Position numbers and translations under genes: made by a program. A DNA stretch of 62,732 bases, counting the filler, from Nitrospirota bacterium (GTDB taxonomy: Bacteria > JACPQY01), in the NCBI GenBank assembly GCA_016180645.1. It is 3 parts of 3 records of this genome, joined end to end, with 100 filler letters (N's around TTAATTAATTAA, not from the genome) between each part and the next. Parts side by side here need not be neighbours in the genome. Positions count along the whole stretch, not along the records: positions 1 to 31,543 come from JACPAV010000004.1; 2 more parts are not named here. One strand, given 5' to 3'. The notes beneath the pieces were generated by a model. It worked only from the letters and a program-made list of their open reading frames with translations. It was not told the DNA's origin and searched no databases. Positions 18,078 through 26,104 of the stretch are shown here, in pieces. Position 1 is the stretch's first letter, and each line of letters opens with the position of its first letter.

Positions 18078-19801
18078 ACGAGAACGAACCTGAAAAACCC
18101 GTCGAGTCCCGACCGGAGCCCGCGGGAGAACCCACGGAGCGTCCGCGAGAACAGCAGCCGCGCCAGCGGCATGATCGCCATCCTCGTCAACGCGGGGGAG
18201 GTGGCGGGGGCGGAGGCGACGCCAGGACCCAGTCGCAAAACCGCTCCTCGTTTGCGGAACGGGGCGGCGGAGGCGGTGGATGGCCGCGTCATCGAAGTGG
18301 TCCCCCCCCCCGTCCTCGCGAGGAGGAAGAGCCCGAGGAATTCGAGCGTCGGCCGGCGCAGCCCATCAAGATTGTCATCAGCGCGGCGGCGTATGAGACG
18401 CGCGCGGGCGTGCTGGAGGGCGACAAGCTGGCCGAAATCCTGATCGAACGGCCCAAGGAAAAGAACTTCACCGGCAACATCTATCGGGGGAAGATCGTCC
18501 GGCTGCTTCCCGGCATGCAGTCGGCGTTTGTGGACATCAACGACACGCGCACGGCGTTCCTGCACATCACGGACGTCATGGAGCGCTGGGAGGAGCGCAA
18601 TCGTCCGAAGCGCTTGGAACAGGTCTTTCGCGAGGGAGACAGCATCCTCTCCCAAATCATCCGCGACCCCGTGAAAGACAAAGGCGCCAAGCTCAGCACG
18701 AAGCTGACCTACACGGGGCGGTTCTGCGTGGTGGTGATCGGCAACACCATGTTCGGGATTTCACGGAGAATCGAGGACAAGAGGATCCGTCGCCGTCTTC
18801 ACGATATTGGCGCCCGGATGCAGAAACGGCGTACGGGTCTCATCTTCCGCACGGCCGCGGGCTTGGCGGATGAGGAGGCGGTCGTACATGAAATCGAGGA
18901 GCTCTACCGCGCGGCCGAGGAGATTGCGGACAAGTTCAATGAGAAACGCGATCCGGAATTGCTATCCGCCGAGCCGCCCCTGATCATCCGGGCCGCGAGG
19001 GATATGCTCGGAGGGCGGGATGAAGAATTGATCATCGATCGGGAAGAGGCCTATCAACAAGTGGTGGATTACATGAAAAGGCACGATCCCGGCGCCCTTC
19101 CCTGCGTGAAGCTCTACAAGGGCCATGAACACGTCTTCGAACATTATGGAATCGAAGCGCAGATTCAGAAGGCGCTCCAAAAGGAGATCGACCTGCCTTC
19201 CGGCGGGAGCATTGTCATTGACGAAACGGAGGCCCTCACGGCCATCGACGTCAACACCGGGCACTATGTGGGCCGCGGCAATGTCGAACAGACGCTGCTC
19301 AAGACGAATCTGGAGGCGGCGCAGGAGATTGCGTACCAGATCAAACTGCGTAACATCGGCGGGCTCATCGTGCTGGATTTCATCGACATGGCCAGGGAAG
19401 AGAACGAGCGGAGGGTGTATGACGCGATGCTGGATGAATTCAGGTACGAGAAAGGCCGCACCATCATCCAGCGGTTCTCCGGGCTCGGCGTCATCGAGAT
19501 GGCCCGTTTTCAGACACGGAAGAGCCTACGAGGCGTCATCACCGAACCGTGCGTTTCGTGCAACGCCACCGGCCAGGTGAAGAAGTCGATCACCATCTGC
19601 TACGAGATCCTGCGGATGTTGGAAAAGAAGTTGAGGGAGAATAAGAAGACCACGTTCACGGTCACGGCGCACACGGACATCGCCTACCGCCTCGATTCGG
19701 AGGAGAAGCAATACGTGGATCGGCTCCGGGAGAAGTTCAAGGCCATGATTGAGGTCCGTACGGAGAGCCGTTTCAGACCGGACGAATTCTGGGTGGATTG
19801 A
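18074..19801 (+). CDS. rng: Ribonuclease G/E family
   Basis: GNIYRGKI..PGMQSAFVD S1 domain, TEALTAIDVNTG, LRNIGGLIVLDFIDM, CxxC. Confidence 0.92.
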   Translation: MNENEPEKPVESRPEPAGEPTERPREQQPRQRHDRHPRQRGGGGGGGGDARTQSQNRSSFAERGGGGGGWPRHRSGPPPRPREEEEPEEFERRPAQPIKIVISAAAYETRAGVLEGDKLAEILIERPKEKNFTGNIYRGKIVRLLPGMQSAFVDINDTRTAFLHITDVMERWEERNRPKRLEQVFREGDSILSQIIRDPVKDKGAKLSTKLTYTGRFCVVVIGNTMFGISRRIEDKRIRRRLHDIGARMQKRRTGLIFRTAAGLADEEAVVHEIEELYRAAEEIADKFNEKRDPELLSAEPPLIIRAARDMLGGRDEELIIDREEAYQQVVDYMKRHDPGALPCVKLYKGHEHVFEHYGIEAQIQKALQKEIDLPSGGSIVIDETEALTAIDVNTGHYVGRGNVEQTLLKTNLEAAQEIAYQIKLRNIGGLIVLDFIDMAREENERRVYDAMLDEFRYEKGRTIIQRFSGLGVIEMARFQTRKSLRGVITEPCVSCNATGQVKKSITICYEILRMLEKKLRENKKTTFTVTAHTDIAYRLDSEEKQYVDRLREKFKAMIEVRTESRFRPDEFWVD

Positions 19802-19843
19802 GTGCAGGAGGCTTAACCACGGAGGGCGAAGGAACGCAGAGAG

Positions 19844-19891
19844 ATGGAATTGAATGAGATCAGTGGACAGATTGTGGATGGGGCGATGACG
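19844..19891 (+). pseudogene. GxxExxY-protein N-terminal remnant
   Basis: MELNEISGQIVDGAMT, preceded by AACCACGGAG...CGCAGAG purine repeats. Confidence 0.5.
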
Positions 19892-19910
19892 CCGGCTGTG
19901 TCCTGCTTTC

Positions 19911-20816
19911 TCATGGTTGACTCTCCGGAATGATTTCGAATCGGGAAATGTCCCCGCCGAGGCTTTCGGAGAGATAGACCGTTCCATCTGGTGCAACGGC
20001 CAGATCCTCGGCGTGTGAGATGCCGTCGCAGGCCACGCGAACCGAGTGGCCGTTCTCGGGATTGATCCAGACGACTTCGTCCAGTTGGGAAACCAGCAAC
20101 CCTCCCGTTGCCGGATGGAAGATCACGTCCGTGGGGGATTGGATCGCCGTGGGAACTGTTTCCATCTTCCCTGTCCCACTTAGACGTAGGATCGAGGTTG
20201 AATTGGCTGCGACCACATACAGGCTTCCACCTGACGAGTAAGTAATATCACATGCACCGGGCAGGCCGGACAACAGTGTGGAGCGGGAAGTTGGGTCGTC
20301 CGCCGGGCCTTCGAATCGCGTAACCCACGATTCCGGGAACGCGAAGAAGGGTCCCTTGCTCTCGCAAAGGGTCAGGCGACCTCTTTGATCGAAGGCGATG
20401 TCCATGGGAAGGCTGAGCGAATCGAGAACCGTGCGATCGGCGCGAGTGACAGGATCCAACCTGTGCAGTACGCCGGCGTTGGATTCGGTCACCCAGAGGG
20501 CCGGATTGGACTCGGGGCCGATCGCGAGAGCCCACGGGAACGGAACGTTCTGAATCCACGGGGGATCGAGAGGGGCGCCCGAAACGGCGTCGAATCTCAG
20601 AACCGCGGATTGATCCGTGCTGGCGACCCATAGCTCCGTCCCGTCCGGGCTGATTTCGATGTCGTCCGGTATCAGGCCCGGCTGGCGGACGACCGTCTGA
20701 AGGGGGGAACATGATTTCGGCGTGATCGGTGCGACATCCTTTTCAGATACCTCCGAGCAAGCGAGGGAGAAAGCGGATGTGAGCAAGATGAGGACGAGGG
20801 GATTGCGCGTCTCCAT
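19911..20816 (-). CDS. Beta-propeller lipoprotein (NHL/SMP-30-like)
   Basis: Lipobox SLAC; repeated P.DI...DG.L.V blades. Confidence 0.75.
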   Translation of the reverse strand: METRNPLVLILLTSAFSLACSEVSEKDVAPITPKSCSPLQTVVRQPGLIPDDIEISPDGTELWVASTDQSAVLRFDAVSGAPLDPPWIQNVPFPWALAIGPESNPALWVTESNAGVLHRLDPVTRADRTVLDSLSLPMDIAFDQRGRLTLCESKGPFFAFPESWVTRFEGPADDPTSRSTLLSGLPGACDITYSSGGSLYVVAANSTSILRLSGTGKMETVPTAIQSPTDVIFHPATGGLLVSQLDEVVWINPENGHSVRVACDGISHAEDLAVAPDGTVYLSESLGGDISRFEIIPESQP

Positions 20817-20999
20817 TTCGAGCGGGCATCGTAGCGTACCTTACAACGAAGGACCATCCAGAATGACGCGCGTTCCCCTGGACGGCGCAAAGGTGATACT
20901 TCGTCGGACAACTCGTGCGCGATACCCGGGGGCCAGCCGGAGCCGGAATCTGGAGAAAACCTGCGAGGCAACAATCTTGATTTGTATCCGTTCAGCACC

Positions 21000-21165
21000 C
21001 CCCATCCTCTCCTCCCCCCTCATGGGGGGAAGGGGTGGTAGCCGCACCCTTTATGGGTGCGTCTTCAGACGCAGGCATGAAGCCTGCGCCTACCCCCTCC
21101 CCCTCGACGGGGGAGTCACGCCGGAGGGCGGATCCGCCTGCTGGCGGAGGTCAGGGTGGGGGTGA
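21000..21165. repeat. Compound palindromic repeat cluster
   Basis: CTCCCCCCTCATGGGGGGAAG hairpin, GTAG doublet 21038-21093, CTCCCCCTCGACGGGGGAG hairpin, ATCCGCC-GGCGGA element. Confidence 0.65.
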
Positions 21166-21460
21166 ACGCTTACTTTGATTTCATACGTGGCGAACACCGT
21201 GCCAAGGCACCGTCGAACTCCCCCGCCGAATGGAAAATTCTGCACGCTTCGATGAAGGGAATTGGACGGAACCCCCAGTTGAGGATTTGGAGCAGAGGGG
21301 GCATTCGGGGTCCGGGTGGTAGGAGGGACGGCGCTTCGGGATTCACGCGGCCCTCCTCGCCTCGCTCGGAGGACGGCGTTTGGAAGTAGAATGGAGACTC
21401 ACGCCGTCACCATTATCGGGTGAGTGCGCCATTCGGGCAATTCGTGACAGGAGGGAGAGG

Positions 21461-22450
21461 CTAAGGCAGAAGCTGCCAGGGATCGCTTTTGAAGAGCCAG
21501 CGATCGAGATGCTGGAGCAGAATGGCGGGGAATTCCGTCTGAACGATCTGGATGCCGGCGTCGAAGATGGGGGAATAGTGGGACGTGTCGTGCGTTCCTT
21601 GCTTGCTCCGCAGGACCGTCACGGCATCCTCTGTGAAGATGTCGGAGAAGAGCTTGGGCTCGGAACCGACGAGGGGGCGGGCTTGAGGGCCGAGCGGCCA
21701 AGGGATCTCGAAGATTTCGGGTCGGCGGTCGAAGAGCGCGAGGTGCCGGCGGATCTCCTCTTCCGTATCCGGGCGGACCTGCACGTGGACGGCGGGATTC
21801 AGCTTCCGTGCTTGAACGGCGCGCTCCGCGTCGGACACGCTGATCATGACTTGATCGATCATTCCGGAGGACTCGATCGCCTGAACCACGAGATCGATTC
21901 GACTCGTCTTGGTATCCAAAATAATCACCAGCCGGTCCCGGGCGATCGCCAAGGCGTCCTCGAAGGCAGGCACATGGTCGCATGCGAAATCTCCCTTGAA
22001 GCGGTTGTTTGGCGCAAGGAGCGGAATCGATGTGATCTCGCCGGCCGACTTCGTTTCCACTTCCGCGTCGATGCCGGTCGTGCGTTTCATGTTGCCGTCG
22101 TGCATGAGGATGAGTCGGCCATCGGAGGTATCTCTCACGTCGATTTCTGATCCATCGGTTCCCATCCAGACGGCGGCGCGCAGACCGGAGAGGCTGTTCT
22201 CGGGCGCGATCACGCCCCCTTCCCCGCCGGCGCCTCGATGCACCACCACCGTCGGTCCTTGGTTACACGTGGAATCGATGACACAACCCAACGGAACGGG
22301 CGAGCGGCGCAGAGGCAGCTTTGATGTGGAGGTGCAGTCGAAGAGCGATGGAGAAAACGTTTCGGGGGCCGTCGGCAGGGGTTCATCGTTGCCGCACCCT
22401 ATCCCGTGGATGCCGGCGAGAACGAAAAGCGCCAGTGCCGATCGGGTCAT
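21461..22450 (-). CDS. Glycerophosphodiester phosphodiesterase family lipoprotein
   Basis: VHRGA..APENS..EIDV..ILMHD..KRTT; lipobox GIGC. Confidence 0.88.
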   Translation of the reverse strand: MTRSALALFVLAGIHGIGCGNDEPLPTAPETFSPSLFDCTSTSKLPLRRSPVPLGCVIDSTCNQGPTVVVHRGAGGEGGVIAPENSLSGLRAAVWMGTDGSEIDVRDTSDGRLILMHDGNMKRTTGIDAEVETKSAGEITSIPLLAPNNRFKGDFACDHVPAFEDALAIARDRLVIILDTKTSRIDLVVQAIESSGMIDQVMISVSDAERAVQARKLNPAVHVQVRPDTEEEIRRHLALFDRRPEIFEIPWPLGPQARPLVGSEPKLFSDIFTEDAVTVLRSKQGTHDTSHYSPIFDAGIQIVQTEFPAILLQHLDRWLFKSDPWQLLP

Positions 22451-22556
22451 GCGAGTCTTTTAGCCCAGACCTTCAATCGGGTAAAGCCAACCGCGAGGAG
22501 AATCCACCGTGTAACAATTGACCGAACTCACGCCCTCAATACTGGGAGCAAACATA

Positions 22557-22724
22557 ATGACGTTTGAAAACGGCTTGGTCCTTGCAGGATTCATGGTCGG
22601 ATGGATCGTACTCCAGACGTGGGTCCTCCCGCGGCTGGGTGTGCCGACTTGAGCGCGTCCCGACGCGTGCCGGCCGGCGCGCAAGGCAGATCCGGCACCG
22701 GACAAGCCGGAGGAAGGGAGTTGA
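22557..22724 (+). CDS. Candidate small membrane selenoprotein (UGA 22650-22652 as Sec)
   Basis: GGAG RBS; MTFENGLVLAGFMVGWIVLQTWVLPRLGVPT-UGA-ARPDAC...EEGS; SECIS-like hairpin 22665-22682; extended frame stops 1 nt before the next ATG. Confidence 0.6.
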
Positions 22725-22725
22725 G

Positions 22726-23118
22726 ATGGCCACGTTTGGAATGAGAAAGGAATTGAATTCGACGTATGACGCCGCGCTGTCCAGTGTGCCGGATGCGCTC
22801 AAGAGCGAGGGGTTCGGCATCCTGACGGAAATCGACGTGAAAGACACGCTGAAGAAGAAATTGAACGTCGATTTTCGCCGTTACAAGATCCTGGGCGCCT
22901 GCAATCCACCTTTTGCCCACAAGGCTTTGCAAGCGGAGTTGGAGATCGGGCTCCTGATGCCGTGCAATGTGATTATCTACGAGGGAGATTCCGGGAAGGC
23001 CGTGGTCGCGGCGGTTGATCCGGTCCTGACGATGGCGGCCCAGGGGAACGCACGGGTCAAGGAGATTGCCGGAGAGGTGCGGGAGAAGCTGACGAGAGTC
23101 TTGGAAAGGCTGTGCTGA
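22726..23118 (+). CDS. DUF302 family protein
   Basis: EGFGILTEIDV..YKILGACNP..IGLLMPCNV; start MATFG after GGGAG. Confidence 0.9.
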   Translation: MATFGMRKELNSTYDAALSSVPDALKSEGFGILTEIDVKDTLKKKLNVDFRRYKILGACNPPFAHKALQAELEIGLLMPCNVIIYEGDSGKAVVAAVDPVLTMAAQGNARVKEIAGEVREKLTRVLERLC

Positions 23119-23129
23119 GGAGATCGTCG

Positions 23130-23801
23130 ATGGGAATGATTTCAGAGAAAGACGGCCAGGCCATCCGGGACCACTTCAACGGAAACCTGTCGGCGCCGGT
23201 CAAGATCGAATACTTCACCCGGCCGGACAGCCGGATCTTCGTGCCCGGCCGCGAGGAATGCGCGACCTGCAAGGAAACGGGCGAACTCTTGGGCGAGGTT
23301 GCCGCCCTGTCGGATCAGCTCACGCTTGACGTTCACGACATCACGCGCGACGCGGCCCGTGCCGATGAGCTTGGAGTCAAACGGGTTCCGGCCTTCGTGC
23401 TCTCAGGCGCGGCGAAGGGCCGAGTTCGGTACTTCGGAATCCCATCGGGCTATGAATTCTCCGCGCTGATCGAAGATCTGGTTGACGTATCCAAGGGGGA
23501 AGCCGACCTGAGCCAGAAGACGCTCGATGCCCTGGGAACGCTGGATAAGGACCTCCACATTCAGGTTTTCGCCACGCCGACCTGACCCCACTGCCCCGGT
23601 GCGGCCAGGCTGGCCCACAAATTGGCCATCGCGAGCGAGCGCGTGACGGCGGACGTCATCGAGGCCAACGAATTTCCGGATTTGGTTCAGAAATACCGCG
23701 TCTCCGGCGTCCCCAAGATCATCGTCAACGACACCGTCGAATTCGTCGGCGCCCAGCCGGAATCCCGATTCGTCTCCGAAGTCCTCCGCGCTGTCGAATA
23801 G
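23130..23801 (+). CDS. Protein-disulfide oxidoreductase / AhpF-N-like selenoprotein (CATC + UPHC)
   Basis: Two thioredoxin folds; GIPSGYEF; VFATPT-UGA-PHC continues in frame to VSGVPKI..FVGAQPE; SECIS-like hairpin 23599-23618. Confidence 0.9.
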
Positions 23802-23817
23802 GCACCCGGTCGGCCTC

Positions 23818-23997
23818 TCAGCGCAGTCGGGCGAGGACGTGGAGAAACTCCCAGAGGCCGTCTTTTTCGCGGCGGACGGAAAGGATCCGGAAACGATCGC
23901 ATAGAATTCGGCGCAAGTCCGCGGGAGTGAAGAAGTGATCGTAGTGGTTACGGTGGATGATCCAGTCCCGCTTGGCGGCCCTCTCCGCAGCCAAGAT
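23818..23997 (-). pseudogene. Possible C-terminal gene fragment (methyltransferase-like)
   Basis: Open stretch RDWIIHRNHYDHFFTPADLRRIL..FRILSVRREKDGLWEFLHVL with no start; family call is by impression only. Confidence 0.35.
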
Positions 23998-24006
23998 TCA
24001 GTGAAG

Positions 24007-24136
24007 ATGTGGTGATGGGGTCATGCAAAAATGTGGGGATGTGGACATGTAGTCATGTGATCATGTGCTCGGACGGGTGTCTCTTCTCCGTCACATGACC
24101 TCATGACTCCATGAATACATGACAACATTCCTTCAT
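24007..24136. repeat. Inverted pair of octamer tandem arrays
   Basis: ATG every 8 nt (24007-24063, 8 units), then CAT every 8 nt (24094-24134, 6 units). Confidence 0.8.
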
Positions 24137-24141
24137 GCGGC

Positions 24142-25365
24142 CTACATCGTGATCTGGCTGAGCTGGAGAATCGGTAGCAGGATGGAGAGCAGGAGGAAGA
24201 CGATTACGCCGGCCATCACAATGATCATCACCGGTTCGAGGAGCGTGACGAGGCCGTTGATCTTCGTTTCCGTTTCCATCTCGTAGTTCTGGGCGACTTT
24301 CATGAGCATCTCTTCTAGGGCGCCGCTGCGCTCGCCGACGGCCACCATGTGGATGAGGATGGGCGGATAGAGTCCGCTTCGTCGGAGCGGCTCATGGAGA
24401 GGCGCGCCTTCCGAGACGCGCTTGCGGGCCTCATCGATCGAAGCGGCGAGGATCACGTTGTTGACCACCGGTTTGGAGATCTCCAGCGCCGGGAGGATGT
24501 TCACGCCGCTCGAGAGGAGTGTACTCAGCGTGCGGCTGAATCGGGCCACCGCGAGTTCACGGACGATCTTCCCGAAGACGGGCAGCATGAGGAAGAACCG
24601 ATCGAAGACCAACCTCCCCCGGTCGGTCTTGCGGAAGCGATTGAGTGAGTACAGGCCTCCGGCGATGGCCAGGATGAGGAGCCACCAGAAGCGGCTGAAG
24701 TTCCTCGACATCATGAGGAGGATCCGGGTCATGAGCGGGAGCGTCATTTCCATCTCTTCAAAGATCGAGAGGATGCGGGGCAGCAGAAATGTGAACACCA
24801 GGAAGATGAACACGGAACCGACCACCGTCATGAAGACCGGATAGTAGAGGGCGCGGCGGATCCGGTTCTGAATGGCCACTTGGTTCTCGAGGAATTCCGC
24901 GAGCCTGAGGAGGACCGCATCGAGCGCGCCGCTGGCCTCGCCGGATCTCACCATGTTGACGTAGAGAAAGGAGAACACCTCCGGAAACTCCATCATGGAG
25001 TCGGCGAGGGATTTTCCTTCGTTTACGCTCTGTCGAACCTGGGAGAGGACCTTCTTCATTTTGGGATCGTCCACCTGCTCGATAAGGGCGGTCAGGGTCT
25101 CATAGACCGTGAGTCCGGCCGCGAGGAGCGTGGCGATCTGGCGGGTGATCGCTGCCACGTCCTGCGTGCTGGCGCGGCGGAACGGGAGGGAGATGGCGAA
25201 TTTGGAAAGAGGCTTGGCTTCCTGGAGAACGCCCTCCTTGACGGCCGTGGCGTAGACTCCGTCCTTCTTCAACTTGGCGCGCGCGGTGCGGGGGTTGTCC
25301 GCATCGACCACGCCGGCGACGGTCTTCCCGTCGGTTTTGTATCCTTCGTATTCGAACAGCGGCAT
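24142..25365 (-). CDS. gspF: Type II secretion inner-membrane platform protein F
   Basis: TRQIATLL, GEASGALD, GERSGALE, LEPVMI. Confidence 0.95.
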   Translation of the reverse strand: MPLFEYEGYKTDGKTVAGVVDADNPRTARAKLKKDGVYATAVKEGVLQEAKPLSKFAISLPFRRASTQDVAAITRQIATLLAAGLTVYETLTALIEQVDDPKMKKVLSQVRQSVNEGKSLADSMMEFPEVFSFLYVNMVRSGEASGALDAVLLRLAEFLENQVAIQNRIRRALYYPVFMTVVGSVFIFLVFTFLLPRILSIFEEMEMTLPLMTRILLMMSRNFSRFWWLLILAIAGGLYSLNRFRKTDRGRLVFDRFFLMLPVFGKIVRELAVARFSRTLSTLLSSGVNILPALEISKPVVNNVILAASIDEARKRVSEGAPLHEPLRRSGLYPPILIHMVAVGERSGALEEMLMKVAQNYEMETETKINGLVTLLEPVMIIVMAGVIVFLLLSILLPILQLSQITM

Positions 25366-25370
25366 GGGCG

Positions 25371-25775
25371 CTAATGGGAAAGCCAGTTGATGGTGATGAT
25401 GGACTCCACTTGCTTGAAGTCCTTATCCACGGTGTGGAGAACGGCGTTTCGCATTCGAGCGAGACCCGCGGCAAAGGAGTCGCCCAGCGACATCCGATAG
25501 GTGGACTTGATGGCTGCCGCGGCCTCCGAAACTTCGAGATCGGCGGGGATGACGAGAATGGGCAGCCGGAGGACGTCGCCTCGAACGCCTTGCCACTGAC
25601 GTTCACCCCATTTCTTGACGGCCGCGTAGGTGACCTCCGCCCAATTTGGGCCCGACAGGAGGATGGGTTTTCCGGCCTGAAAAGCGTTCTCCAGCAGTTC
25701 GGTCACCGCCGGGGCGCAAGGTTCCTCAAAGAGGTAGGCCAGGACCGCGGAACTATCGAATACCGAATCTCGCAA
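25371..25775 (-). CDS. vapC: VapC PIN-domain toxin
   Basis: VFDSSAVLAY..NWAEV..SLGDSF..TVDKDF; TTG start. Confidence 0.88.
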   Translation of the reverse strand: MRDSVFDSSAVLAYLFEEPCAPAVTELLENAFQAGKPILLSGPNWAEVTYAAVKKWGERQWQGVRGDVLRLPILVIPADLEVSEAAAAIKSTYRMSLGDSFAAGLARMRNAVLHTVDKDFKQVESIITINWLSH

Positions 25776-26016
25776 GTTTCTTCTCTTCCCGCTCCAGGTC
25801 CCGGCGCCTCTCATCAACAAGATCTTGCACGGCAGACCCGTCGCTCTTCAGAATCCCGCGAAGGCTTCGGATGAACTCCTTCGTGATGGGCTGGAGAAGG
25901 ATCTTGTTGCCCTGTTCGATGAAGGCGACCTTCGTCCCTTTCTTGATCCCGTATTTCTTGCGGAGCGGCGCCGGAATCACGAGCTGCCCCTTGCTGGTCA
26001 CCGTGCCTTGATCCAT
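25753..26016 (-). CDS. AbrB/MazE-family antitoxin
   Basis: VTSKGQLVIPAPLRKKYGIKKG; overlaps vapC. Confidence 0.9.
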   Translation of the reverse strand: MDQGTVTSKGQLVIPAPLRKKYGIKKGTKVAFIEQGNKILLQPITKEFIRSLRGILKSDGSAVQDLVDERRRDLEREEKKLARFGIR

Positions 26017-26104
26017 TTCGACCTCCAGAGAGGGATTCTTACATTACCATCAAAGTAAGTCAATCGAGAGAAAGTAATACGCCGAGCCGCCGGTCCGCAG
26101 GCCC

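Noticed and set aside
22564-22725. N-terminal extension of DUF302 in the ORF track
   Set aside because: RBS and family start are at 22726; the region is better explained by the small Sec ORF in another frame.
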